Shown here: positions 24,444-37,373 of the stretch, one piece after another
Layout of the letters: each line of letters begins with the position of its first letter
Numbering within the stretch: the stretch's first letter is position 1
NCBI RefSeq assembly: GCF_006345805.1
Contig: NC_043000.1
Location: forward strand, 132,246,001 to 132,310,000
Source of the DNA: Octopus sinensis
Taxonomy: Eukaryota
Direction of reading: 5' to 3'
DNA: 64,000 nucleotides
Made by a program: the position numbers and the translations under genes
The notes under the pieces: model-generated
The model's input: only the letters and a program-made list of their open reading frames with translations
What the model was told of the DNA's origin: nothing
Databases searched by the model: none

Positions 24444-26264
24444 ACATACTTACTTCACAATGTATTGCAGCTACTGTTTATATCTTGTTCAGAGATTTAT
24501 AATTCCATCACCATCAGACCAAAATAAAGCAAACAATTTAAACAAACTCAGTACAGCTTTTTTTTTTTATATAACTTAAGTCTATGTAGACAGTATCATG
24601 ATATTGCAGGGTCCCCATGGCTAGTAAGGAAAATGGAAGATAAAACTGTAGTCTCATATGCAAAAAACCCAAAGCTATGTGATTGTAAAATTCTTAATCA
24701 CAGTCATTCAGCATTCCACATTCCAGCAAGTCATTCTCCATTCTGGTTTGAGGAATATCTTGATTTCATACCACTGTCATTTTAATGGTTGACTGGGTAA
24801 GATGTGATTTGGTGATCCTTATGAAACCTAAAACTTGCCAGCTTTAAAGTACAAGGAAACTTGGCACCAATTCTCTTTCATGCCTACGGAAAAATATTGT
24901 GTCATATATTATGAGTGATCTGTTTTAATACCGAGTACTCTCATTTGATGAACTGGATTCTCTTTCCTGTCATAAATGACAGATGAGGGTTTTGCAATGT
25001 CTTGCTGAACAACTTGCACAAATGCTTTGTTTATAGTGATCAAATGTTTGTGCCATACATGACCTCACTCTCCATCAACTCGACATTGTCAGTACACGGT
25101 GTATCATGCTAACTGTTGAGGTTATTACAGAGCAACATGAAATGGGATGCTTTATTTTTTTTTTTTTTTTACTGAGTGATTATATTTTATTGTCATTTTT
25201 CTGCTTGCTTTTTCTTACAAGCGAGAGTCTATTTACTGTTGAGAACATTTCTTGCTGGTTGGCTTTGAGAACAATTCTTGCCTTAGGCAGTAGGTGTTAA
25301 AACACCAACAGTCATTTCATGGTTACCCTCTATGCTGAATGCATTTCTAGCTTCTTGGCTATCATCCCTATGTACCACAAGAGGAACAACCTTCAAATAA
25401 CTCTGGAAGCTTTTACTTCCTTATACTAAATCAGTTTCAAAACACAAACTTATTATATCATTATCATCAACATTTAACATCCATTGTCCATGCATTGGAC
25501 AGTTTGACTAGGGCTGGGAAGCCGAGGGGGCTGTGCCTGAAACCAGTCTGATTTGGCATGTTTTCTAATGCCCTTCCTAATGCCAACCACTCCGAGAGTT
25601 TAATGGGTGCTTTTATATGCCACCGGTATGGGTACCAGTTGCGTGACACCAGTATCTGACATGACTACGATTTCATTGCCTCCGTGAGGCCCAATGCTTG
25701 AAAGGTGCTTTTTATGTACCACCATCACAGATGCTGCTTACATAATACCAGCATCAGCTGCATTGTCTCCATGAGGCCCAACGCTTGATAGGTGGTTTTT
25801 ACATGCCACCAGCACAGGTGCCACATACATGACACCAACATCAACCACAACAATGATTTCATTTGGTTCGACAGGTCTTCTCAAGCATGGCATATCACCA
25901 AAAGTCTCAGTCACTAATCATTGCCTCTGTGAGACCCAGTGTTTGTAGATCAAGCTTCACCACTTCTTCCCATGTTGCATTGTTGCCTTTATTGAACTCA
26001 TAAAGCAAAATATGCCAAATATGCTCCTTTGTCACTTCCATTATAGCTTTGAAAAAATAATGGTTAAAATCGAACTACACTCTTCAAAACTTGCACTTAG
26101 AATAAGGACATGGTAAAATTACTACCTGCTTTTATAGCGAGTTGATGCAGGTAGTTTATCCCATTCCCCTTCCAACTTTTAGTTCATGCAATTGAAAAAA
26201 ATCACATTAGTTATGGGATGACCCAACACACACACACATGCATATATATATACAAGGCAGCAAG

Positions 26265-26464
26265 CTGGCAGAAATGTTGCCGTATTTCGTCTGCCGTTAT
26301 GTTCTGAGTTCAAATTCTGCCGAGGTTGACTTTGCCTTTCATCCTTTCGGGGTCGATTAAATAAGTACCAGTTACGCACTGGGGTCGATATAATCGACTT
26401 AATCCGTTTGTCTGTCCTTGTTTGTCCTCTCTGTGTTTAGCCCTTTGTGGGTAATAAAGAAATA

Positions 26465-26465
<1 letters not shown>
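26265..26465 (+). mobile_element. SINE family A, young-tail subfamily, in AIMP2 intron 1
   Basis: Tail ttaatccgtttgtctgtcc...gtaataaagaaata followed by (AT)n; several CpG>TpG/CpA changes. Confidence 0.85.
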
Positions 26466-26499
<34 letters not shown>

Positions 26500-28117
26500 C
26501 AGAGACAGAGTAAACAAGAATAAACTATTGTATATTTCAGGGCATCACTACACACATGTTTCAGTAGCATGTTTATTCTAATTATGAGTATTTGCATAAC
26601 AGGTAACACTATATATATATATATATATATAGTCATGTAAAAAGTATCCAGTCCAGTGTGTAAAATGGTTGTCATCAGAAAGTGCATCCAGCTGTAAAAA
26701 CCATGCCAAAGCAGTTGGCGTAGCTTGGTGCTGTCCCCTGGTTTACCAGATCCTGTCAAACCAACCCATGCCAACATGGAAGACTGACATTAAATGATGT
26801 AAATGATGAGTACCTGTGTATGTACACACAGACACACAAACATGATGTTTGTTGTTGTGGCACTGTAGTTAGAGTATTGAACTTTTGACCAAAGTTCACT
26901 GGTTCCAACTATAAGATTCTCTTGAAATTGTTTATTTTATTTGTAATCTTTCATTCATTAAATATGTTAATACTATGGCACAGGCACAGCTGTGTGGTTA
27001 AGAAGTTTTCTTTGAAACTTAATGGTTTTCAGGTTCAGTCCCATTGCATGGCACCTTGGGTAAGCGTCTTCAATTATAGCCTCAGGTTGACCAATACTTT
27101 GTGAGTGAATTTGGTAGATGGAAACTGCAGAAAACCTATGGCTGTTTAGTGAAGAAATTTGCTTCCCAAACCATTCAGTTTGGGGTTCTGTCTTACTTCA
27201 GGGAATTTTGGACAAGAGTCTTCTACCATAGCTTTTGGCCAACTGAAGCCTTGTGAGTGGATTTAATTAACAGAATTGAAAGAAAATTGCTTTGTGTGTG
27301 TGTGTGTGTATGTGTGCGTTATAGTTGTAAATGTGCATCACCATCATATAAGTACTGTCACACACTTCCAATCTTCTGTGAAAACAAGTCCAGCTACGGT
27401 TAAATACTGCTTTGTTTAGAAGAGTATGAAGTTTGCAACAGGATGGGTATCCTCCATAAAAAAATCTACCTCAGCAAATTTATTCTGATTCTGCAAGTAT
27501 GGAAAAGTGGGCATTAAAATGATGTACATGTATATAAATGTTGATGAATGTTGATATTCCACACTTGTCCCTACTTGAGCAAAATGGTGGTGATAGTACT
27601 GAGATGGACCAGCTGTATTAAGTACAGCTGACTGAGGTAAATAGCACAGATAATAGTTTATTTAGTTTTGTTATCCTGGAATGTTTAGTTTGTGGTAGAT
27701 TGCTGCTAGTCTGTCCAGGTAAAGAGATGTTTTTCACTTATTGAAAGAAAAGTATTAAAGATAATCTCTAGCAAATTGTGGTGGATAAAAAGGGAAAATA
27801 AAATGAAAATGTTTGTGATCAAGAAGGGCGTTAGCTTTTGTTGAATGGTTTCATATGTGTGGTAGCAGGATTCGGCTATTTGCCACAACTCCAATAAAAG
27901 TCAGAAGTGGTTGTTGCAGAATTTCTACAACTTCACCAGCTTTAGGATACAGTTGAGAAAGACACAGATCACTCTGCCTGCAACATCCCCTGTGTGTGTG
28001 TGTATGCACACATTCAAACATATACATGTATATCCTTGTGATGTTTTCTCTAAGAATGCAAAACTGACCTAAGATTTTTGTGTAAAAACAACAGTAAAAT
28101 TCGCTTAACCCTCTTAA

Positions 28118-28338
28118 CCCTTTCATTACTGTATTTATTTTGAGATGCTCTGTGTTTCTTTCAATTATTTTAAATATAACAAAGAATTTAGTAAATTAAC
28201 TTCGTTATCATTACGCTAGTGTTAGGAACACAAATTTTAACTAAGATTTGGAGGAAGATTTGAATTCAAAACTTATGAAAACAAGATATTTATACTAAAG
28301 AGCCAGAGCCGGTTTCAGCTGGGTTGGTAATGAAAGGG
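28118..28338 (+). mobile_element. piggyBac-type MITE, 221 bp (copy 1)
   Basis: TTAA|CCCTTTCATTAC ... GTAATGAAAGGG|TTAA. Confidence 0.9.
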
Positions 28339-29578
28339 TTAATATCAATCTGCCTGAGACTACTTCTGGTTCTATAATACAAATTCTCAGGTTCAAAGTA
28401 ATCTAAATTAAAAAAATTCCTTCAAAATGTAATGTCAATTTATGTTCCTGACATCAGATTGAGAAACACAAAATTATTTTACTAAATTTTTCATTATTTT
28501 TCAAATTGATTTGAAACAGGGGCAGTGTATAAGTGCATGGAGACACTATGTTGTAATGGAAGTTCATAAGTTTAATCTTTACCCCATTTTAAAAGGTGCT
28601 ATGGATTAGAAAGCATGCTCGATAAACTGTCAGTATCCCAGTTTTTATTATCTGTTAAAGCTAATTTTATTTCATTTATATCACAAATGATCTCATTATT
28701 TATGGCTTTTCATACCCATATTCCCCCCTCCCCTGTAAAATATTAGGGGCTTATGGTTACTTGGTGCAGGCAAAGGGAAACTACTCCAGTTTACTTGTTC
28801 TAATGTGTTTCTAAAAATTTCATTTACTTATGAGACTCAAAGTGAGATCAGTCTTGCAAACTATTATCATGGAATTAGTTGCAGTTGAGTAATATATCTG
28901 CTTGGTTGTTAATACCTTTGTGGGATGAATTTAATATGGAATTTACCATTACCGTTTCTCAACACTCATCACCTACAACCCTTAATCAGGACTTCAATAT
29001 CGATAATGGAGAAGAAATACTTAAAGCTAAGAAAATATGTGTTAATTTTTGTAGTATTCTCCTATATAGTGAGGAAGTTACTATCATGTTTATTTGCAGC
29101 TTGGTTGAATGAAAAGTCATAAGTATTAAGTGGTGGACAGATTATAGCACAATATGAGGGAGCCTCTACGTAGTATTCAACCTACCAGAAAGAGGAGTCA
29201 AATCTTCAAATACATTCTATTGGCTTTAAAAAAAAAAAAAGAAGAAAACAGTGGTTATGGTTATGGAAATACTGTCAGGTATAAAGATGGTCATATTTGG
29301 AATGCTTTTGATCATAGATATGGTTGATCGGTTAATCATGTTGGACCTGGGGCTATAAACTACACAAATTACAAGAATGTGATCAACATTCTGGATGGCA
29401 ATTGTACACTTTTTGTCCAGTTTTTGTGATATTACTCTGAAATATTGAAGTGTAAGAATTAATACAAAAGGAATTGTTTATTTTAGTTATCTTTTATCTT
29501 GATTCTGGACTTAACTTTCAGATGCTTTCTTAGTTTTGATTTATTTCTGTTATATTTTCTTTCCTTTTCAACATGAAG

Positions 29579-29722
29579 ACACTGAATAACCCAATTTCTG
29601 ATCTTGAGAGGCAACAAGCTGCTATCTTTGCTCGACTCAAAAGAATACAAGATGAATTAGATAAAATGTCATGTGGAAGTGAATGCCAGGAGAGCAGTCA
29701 GACATTGGGCCCTGTTCTAGAT
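29579..29722 (+). CDS. AIMP2: AIMP2 coding exon 2 (48 aa, coiled-coil/leucine zipper)
   Basis: ISDLERQQAAIFARLKRIQDELDKMS parallels human [26 protein letters not shown]. Pyrimidine tract then gaag|ACA acceptor; donor GAT|gtaagt; phase 0-0. Confidence 0.9.
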
Positions 29723-30599
29723 GTAAGTACAGTTTCAATTTGGCTCTTTGATGTCTCTTTTCTATATAAAAAAAAAAGCTACAAAACATTGTCATGGATA
29801 CTATTTGTGTGAAATGTTAGAACTAAGTTTTGCAATGGTATTCTTTGTTTAATGATTAATCTTTGAAATGAGTTGACTGAGGAAAATAAAATTATCTCAT
29901 TCTGGAGATGGTTTCTGTGTTAACAGACATGGCTGTGTGGTTGAGAAGTTTATTTTTCAGCCATGTTTTAGGTTCAGTCCTGCTGTAGAGCACCTTTAAA
30001 AGCCTTGTAACTGGTTTTGGTAGACAGAAACAGAGAGAAAACTGTTGTGTGTGTGCATGCATGTGTTTAGATATGAAGTTATTTGTGCCAAATTGTAGTT
30101 TGTGGTGTGTGGTGTTGTCAGTTTCTCCTGTCAGCAAATTGTCTGGGCACTTCATGCCTTTGAAACTGTAGAATAAGTGATCTCTAAAACTATTTAGGGT
30201 TAGTGTCAGGAAGGGCATTGAGCTGTAAAGCATTGCATCCATCACATTACATTTTCATTTAACTCATGCTTGCAAGGAAAAACTGGACATAAAAAGAATG
30301 AAGTAGTAGAGCATTGATCTTTAACCATACACCAATCACTTATCTTTCTCTTCTCTCTTTATATATGGATATGAGAAAAAGGAAACAGAAAAAAATTGAT
30401 GCCTTATCAACATATGACCTCTGTTTCTGTGAAAGAAAACATGCAATGATAACTTCATGTAAGGGTTTTTCTGATCATTGTCATCATCATTGCTCTTTGG
30501 TCTGCTTTTTCTCTGTTGGCTTGTGTTGGATGACACCTCTTCAAGTAGTATTCTAGGGATGGATATCTTTCTTGGTGTTAACATTTACTTTCTTTTCAA

Positions 30600-31130
30600 G
30601 TAAGATTCTTTATTCCACATCTTTGTATGTTGAACTATCAAGCTGCCAGACATGTTGATTATGCAGGAAATGAATGTCACTGTTGCCCAAGCCGGGTTGA
30701 TGCAAAGATGCATGGAAACACACACACCTCATCATGACCATCATCATCATGCTGGTGGCACATAAAAAGCACCATTTGAGCGTGATCGTTACCAGCGTCG
30801 CCTTACTGGCACTTGTGCTGGTGGCACATGAACAAAACATTTGAGCGAGTTCGTTGCCAGTGCCGATGGACTGACTCCTGTGCCGGTGGCACGTATAAAA
30901 CACCATTTCGAGTGTGGCCGTTGCCAATACCACCAGACTGGCCCTCGTGCCAGTGGCACGTAAAAGCACCCACTACACTTTTGGAGTGGTTGGCGTTAGG
31001 AAGGGCATCCAGCTGTAGAAACTCTACCAGATCAGATTGGTGCCTGGCACAGCCATCTGGTTCACCAGTCTTCAGTCAAATCGTCCAACCCATGCTAGCA
31101 TGAAAAGCGGACGTTAAATGATGATGATCA
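30600..31130 (+). mobile_element. Family D retroposon with tandem subrepeats
   Basis: Repeated gtgc(c/t)ggtggcac(a/g)t units, then the conserved 3' end aaagcggacgttaaatgatgatgat. Confidence 0.8.
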
Positions 31131-31407
31131 TTCTTATAATGCCCATTTTTTTTCATACTTTCATGGGTCAGATGAAAATCGTTGAAATAGATTTTCTGTG
31201 GCCACATGCTGTTCCTGTCACCAACCTTCACTTGTTTCCAAGCAGGGTAATATTTTCCTATGGCTGAAAATGCCTCACGTTTTATTTTTCATTTGAATTA
31301 TGGTTACAAACGGATAACCTAATAACTACAGAATAATAAACTAAATAATGATCTGTGATTTCTTTTTCTTGTATTTATATAATTTTAATTTTTATTTTAT
31401 TCTACAG

Positions 31408-31651
31408 AATGTTAAATTTCAAGATTTAGTGATTGGTGTTGACCCGAATTCAGTCCCGTTGTCTGTACTTATTCTATATCAAGAACTCTCACGAAGTTTG
31501 AAAGTGAAGCCTACTGTATATGTTCATTCTTCTGTTGAGAAGAAACCTTCACCAAAATTACGTAATTTATTTGACTTTGCCTCACCTTTGAAGAAACCGG
31601 AAGACAGTCGGCTGTCAAACGATCTGCTGCTCACAATTATTTACAAAAATG
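31408..31651 (+). CDS. AIMP2: AIMP2 coding exon 3 (thioredoxin-like N part of GST-like domain)
   Basis: FQDLVIGVDPNSVPLSVLIL...VYVHSSV...LLTIIYKN matches AIMP2 (DIVINANPASPPLSLLVL...HTHSSV...LIWKN). Acceptor tctacag|AAT; donor G|gtaaaa; phase 0-1. Confidence 0.93.
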
Positions 31652-31689
31652 GTAAAAGAACCATTATAACTACTTTTCTATTTGTCTTT

Positions 31690-32070
31690 TGTCTTTTACA
31701 TGTTTCAGTCATTTGACTGTCTTGAAGGGTTTTTGAAGAACAAATTGATCCTGGTACATATTTATGAATTTGGTACTTATTCTATTGGTGTCTTCTGCCA
31801 AACTGCTAAGTTACAGGGAGATATACAAATCAACACTGGTTGTCAAGTAGTGTTGTTGGACAAATACAAAGACATGCATACACACACACACACACACAAA
31901 CACACATGCATACATATATATACATGGTGGGCTTCCACACAGTTTCCATCTAGCAAGTTCACTCACAAGGCATTTTTGGGCTTGGGGCTAACCCATGGTG
32001 CTGTGCAGTGGAACTGAACCTGAAATCGTGTGATTGCAAAGTGAGCTCAACCACGCAGCCATGCCTGCAC
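31690..32070 (-). mobile_element. SINE family B, decayed
   Basis: Reverse-strand match to family B. Confidence 0.7.
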
Positions 32071-32357
32071 TATTTATTTGCCTTTTTTTAAAAAACTGTT
32101 TCCTATAAATCTTTCTTTGTTTTATTGGTAGGGTGGTGGTTGTAATTTAAAGTTTGCAGCTTCAAGGATTTGACTGAATGTCTTTTACTACCACTTATAG
32201 CATTAGAACTTGCTGTCACTTTTGTGAACTGAAAGAATTAGAATTATTTACCTGTGGGTACAATATAATAGGGTGCTGGGATGGGTAGTTTCTGTGTGGT
32301 TGCTTAGCTTGTTAGAAATAACAAAATCTCCTTTGAATCATATCCTACTCTTATTAA

Positions 32358-32577
32358 CCCTTTCGTTACCAACCCGGCTAAAACCGGCTCTGGCTCTGAG
32401 TACAAATGTCTTGTTTTCATAAGTTTTGAATTAAAATCTTCCACCAAATCTTAGTCACAATTTATGTTCCTAAAATTAGCTGAATGATAACTAAGTTATG
32501 TTACTGAATTCTTTGTTATATTTAAAGTAATTGAAAGGAACATAGAATATATCAAAATAGATACAGTAATGAAAGGG
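32358..32577 (-). mobile_element. piggyBac-type MITE, 220 bp (copy 2, inverted relative to copy 1)
   Basis: TTAA|CCCTTTCGTTAC ... GTAATGAAAGGG|TTAA; the body is the reverse complement of 28118-28338. Confidence 0.9.
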
Positions 32578-33381
32578 TTAAAGAAAATAAGGACACATTA
32601 AATTAAATAGTCCTAGATATACTAAAACAAAGAGATAATGAGGGATGATCATGTCTGGAATGCCTTTGAACGTAGGTTCTGGAGATTAAACCTGTGACTG
32701 ACACAAAAGTGCCTTTATGTAGTTGTTACTTGTTAGAAATAGCAGGTATATTGCTCATATCATATACTACATTGGACATTAGCTTCTGATATACAAAAAT
32801 CCCATAAGCTACTTTTTATTTCTAACCACCTTGAATTTATGATTACATATTAAAGAGCTCATCTGTAATATCTACATTCATAATCTTCTGTTCTAATACA
32901 GTAAAAAAAATGCTACCATGTGAATGTTGAAGATTTAAGCTGATTCACCCGAAATTATCATACCATGTTTAGATGGATTGCTTTTGCCAAGTACTCAGAA
33001 AATTTTGGCTTGTTTGATGTTGAAGAAAACTTTACTAGTTGGTGTGTTGTGCATAACTTCTGCCAAATAAGTGTTTACTTCTCAATTAGATTAGTACTTA
33101 CCATCAAGTCAATCAAGATAATCAGAACAGATCATGATAAACACTGGATAAATCGTGGATATTGAACTGGCGGAAGACTAAAAATAATATAAATAGAAAA
33201 CGAGAGATCAGCTTTACGGGGGTTAACTGGCTATTTATTAATGGTTATTTTTTAATATTTGCTTCTCAAACATTGTAAAATTCGGGTTTCTTTTCATTCA
33301 CATTGTCAAATAGTCATTTTCATTGAAAATCAAATTATTATTTAATTTGTAATTTCATTTTCTATTAATTTTTACTTTCAG

Positions 33382-33782
33382 TTCGTCAAGGATGTTCGCT
33401 GATGGTCAATCCTGAGAAACAAACCTTTATCTATGGAGAAGTGAATGTTGCTCGATATTTTTCTAGATTGATAAACCCCTCATATGATAAAGATCCTGTT
33501 CAGTCAACGCTGATAGATGCTTGGGTAGATAAAGCCAGTTTATTACTTTATAATGGTAATGCTGAACAAAAAAATGAAATGATAAAAGATCTAGACTCAA
33601 CACTGTCAAAGAGAAAGTGGTTGGTTGGTCATGACTTGTCTTTAGCTGATATTGTTTCTTGGTCTGGTATCCAGAAAAACAAGCTTGCTAAACTTGTTTC
33701 ACCAAATGTTGAAGTTTGGATGAAAACTTGTGCAAGTCATCCCATGTTCAGTTTTGTTAATAAAGTATTATCACAACTCTGA
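33382..33782 (+). CDS. AIMP2: AIMP2 coding exon 4 (GST C-terminal-like domain, stop)
   Basis: IYGEVNVARYFSRL...IDAWVD...LDSTLSKRKWLVGHDLSLADIVSWS matches AIMP2 IEGEGNIARFL...IDSWVD...WLAGNELTVADVVLWS. Acceptor tttactttcag|TT completes phase-1 Val; TGA at 33780-33782. Confidence 0.95.
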
Positions 33783-33909
33783 AGTCAAAGCTTTTGCTAG
33801 ACTTAAACTGATGGTTTCCAATCAACTTTTATATTGAGATGTTGATGATATAGGTTTTTCTATTAAAGAAAAATGTTGTTTTAACTTTTCAGCTTTTAAC
33901 ATATTTAAC

Positions 33910-33915
33910 AATAAA
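33910..33915 (+). terminator. Candidate polyadenylation signal AATAAA of AIMP2
   Basis: AATAAA about 130 nt after the stop, followed by T- and GT-rich sequence. Confidence 0.55.
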
Positions 33916-36900
33916 TAAGCTGTTCTAACTATAGATTTTATTTAGAACGTGTGTGTTAAAATGGTAAGGGCCAGATGTATGGCAAATGAAGACATTCAGT
34001 CATCTTTTTCTCAACTCATTATCACAGCCAATGGATGGATTGTCTGAGATACTGATGTAGAGGGGTGAAGTATTATTAAATGAAACTAATTTGAAGAGGA
34101 TCTTTCATCACATATATTTGTATAATTCATTTTGTCGAGGACATAATGAGCTGTAGGTGAAGTGTACTTGAGTTTGGATCAACTGTCAAAGTACTGTGAG
34201 ACATTTCCTTACAAATAGGAACTCGGCTTTTATCACAGTTTTTTGCTCATAGAAGGATTCAACTCTGTATTACAATCGAAAGAAACAATTCTTAATATTA
34301 CCTATTTACTTCAACGTGGGTTGGACCATTGAATGTGATCTCTTCCAACGACTCAGTTCAGTGTTTGTGAGAGGATGTGCTTGTGTCTGTGTGTTGAAAT
34401 TTCCTCTTGCCAGTTTTGTTTTCTTAAATAAAGAAATGTACATTAGCTACTGTTATTGCCATAAGGAATCATGTCAGGTGGACTGAGAGCTAATTTGATA
34501 AATATGTAATTCTCCACCATTTTTATGCAAGTTCTTTATTTAAACCATAATTATATTCACTAGAACTAATTAATATATAAGATTGTTAATAACACTCTAT
34601 ACTTTTAATCTGATTCAGTAGTTTATAAAAATTCCTGTTGTACATTTCTCTTTTAAGTAAATTATATAAACTCTTAAAACTATGTCCATTTTGACATTTT
34701 CACCATAAGCTTTATATCTTTGAAAACCCATCAGCTGATTTCTTTTTAATTTAAAAAAATGAAATTGTAATGTCGAAGAATTGGAAAAATAAAATATATA
34801 TTTTAAAATAAATAAATAAAAAAGTTTTTAATTTAAAAAAATTATATTTTGTTACTTTACTAATATTTTTATTACTTCTTTTGGAGTTGAGCTTTTTTGA
34901 TGAGTGACTGTATATGAAATTGTGTTGAAACTGAAGCAATTAATTATGGAATAACCGTTTAGGAACACAAGGACTATATTATTTGTTTTTTTGAGGAGTG
35001 AAAATTTTCGTCACACTTCTGTAACCTTGTCACTAGGAATTCCATTCAGAGAAGTACAGCAAAACTTTGGACACTAAGAAGTGAAAAGAACATAAAACAG
35101 TTTTAGTGTTTTCTTAAATAGTTAAAATGGTTCTTTCATGATATAATTGTTTATTAAAAAGTTATTTTTCAACCTTTCTAATTTTCTTAATTCAAATAAT
35201 TTCACTCTATATTTGTTTCTGCAAATTGACATATTAGATTCATTTGTATGAATATTCCTGTTTAATCTTAGATCAACCTTGGTCAATCACCTATGATTAA
35301 AAGGCTTTCAACGAGTAAATACCTTGCTTTAGTGATATCTAAAATTGCAATTATCTTATGTGTTCTAATTTTTTAAAAGGTGTAATTTGAGGGAGATTTG
35401 GCTGTTATTTTCAACAGCTTAGTGTGTTTATTTGTTTAATGACAAAGTAGCTTGCAACATAAAGGCATGTCTAATCTAAGAAATACACTTTATTCTCAGC
35501 TGGAACCATTTTACTTTGTGTATGTCTCTAATATGGATGAAATAGGATTATTGCAGTTCTATTTCTCCTAATATATAATTGCGAGGCTGATTAATATACT
35601 TGGCATTGTTGAAAGAAAAGGTTAATTTTATCTTATAAATGAAGGTACAGGCATGTCTGCATGGTTATGTTAGGGAAGTTCTTGGTTTGCAGGAACTCCT
35701 GGTTCGATTCCTCACTATTGCATAGCCTTCAGTTGAGTATCTTCTGCTATACCCTCCAATCAACTCAGAACTAGAGTGAAATTAGGTTGATGGAAATTGT
35801 GGAAGCTTATCTGACTACATCTGTTATTGGGAAGTAAATTTAAGCTATTACTCATTCTTTTGCAAGCATTTGGACCAGGTGTCCAGTCAGAAGAAAACTT
35901 GTACTTTCATTCTCCTTTTATTTCCCAACTGTCATGAAGGGACTGCTTCCCTTTTTTTTTTTTTTCTCACAGACTAAGCCCTTAAGAAAATTTGAAAAGA
36001 CAATTTATTTCCTATTGATTTTAGATATTTGATATGTACATAGGGGCAATAACTAAGATCGGATGGCTGGATGCTTTACTTCTGTGTTCACATTTCATTT
36101 GTTGACATCATTATTTATATTTGATAAAACAAATAAAGGCCTGCTTTAATAGAGTGTTCTCTTGTGTAAGCAGGATATGATATTTTGTTCCAGCCTGTGA
36201 CATGTCAATAAGAAAGAAAAAGAAAGCAATTTATTCAAATAGCTTGTTTTCTTCAAAGAATAACCCAGTAATGAAAGAAATTAACATATTCCTATAACCC
36301 TGCAAATATAAAGACTATCCAAGATAAGGCTATGTAACTACATCTATATGCGGAACATTATGTAAAAGTACTATGCAGAGTAGTCTCCCATTTAACAAAT
36401 TGGGGTATTTAATACAGCATCAGGGATAATTGAAAAAAAAGAAATCTCTTTCAATGAAAGAGGTAAGTTGGAAAAGCTTTATACATTTCAGGCACAATGG
36501 TCCATGGTCATCAGAAAAGTATGCGTTTAGAAATTCTGTGGAAATGTTTCGAAGAGGGATTTAAAGGAAAACTTTTTTTCTAACAATTGTCGTAAAATGT
36601 TAGTTTCATCTCTTAGTTCACTTGGTTTTTATAATATAATTTTTTTAACGCGGTCATGAAACTTATTTCTTACGGCAAACGAAGAGTTATCTCCCTTACC
36701 TTACTATACTAGCCGATTAAAAAAGTTTCATTCCATGTACCCCCTCTCTCTCTCATATATATATATATGTGTGTGTGTATAATATATGTTATATATATAT
36801 ATATTATCTACCACACACAAGTAATATAACAAAATATGTTATATATGCTTCAACACACGAATTCAAATGAAGAATCTTGCAAACCAAATTCAAAAACGAA

Positions 36901-36991
36901 ATATGTTATATATATATATATATAATATATGTTGTATATTATATATTACATGTATATATATATATAATATATATGTATTATTTATAATATA

Positions 36992-37372
36992 TTCTTTTAT
37001 TCTTTTGTTTGTCATTTGACTGCGGCCATGTTGGAGCACCACCTTTTAGTTGAGCAAATCGACCCCAGGACTTATTCTATCGGTTTCTTTTTGCCTAGCC
37101 GCTAAGTTACGGGGACGTAAACACACCAGCATCGCATGTCAAGCGATGTTGGTGCCGGGGTGGGGAGACAGACAAGACAGACACACACACACATATATAT
37201 ATACATATATACGACGGGCTTCTTTCAGTTTCCGTCTACCAAATCCACTCATGGCTTTGGTCGGCCCGAGGCTATAGTAGAAGATATTACCCGAAGGTGC
37301 CACGCAGTGGGACTGAACCCGGAACTCTGGTTGGTAAGCAAGCTACTTACCACACAGCCACTTCTACGCCTA
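36992..37372 (-). mobile_element. SINE family B
   Basis: Full-length reverse copy with CpGs intact. Confidence 0.88.
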
Positions 37373-37373
37373 T

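Noticed and set aside
26179-26379. Recurring MRNWYLF...PRKDERQSRPR ORFs (also 40764, 49351, 50362)
   Set aside because: Antisense translations of SINE family A, not a gene family.
29573-29812. Stand-alone 79-aa ORF starting at ATG 29573
   Set aside because: The ATG lies just inside the intron before the exon 2 acceptor; homology ends at the gtaagt donor at 29723.
33165-33215. CGGAAGA...GAAAAC hammerhead-like spacing in intron 3
   Set aside because: Core is mutated and there is no stem I or stem III.
33402-33782. Stand-alone GST-like gene starting at Met 33402
   Set aside because: The frame extends to the acceptor at 33382 and joins exon 3 in phase; it is AIMP2 exon 4.
36455-36495. Strong donor AAGAG|gtaagt followed by acceptor catttcag
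   Set aside because: Under 30 nt apart, too short for an intron, and no flanking ORF.
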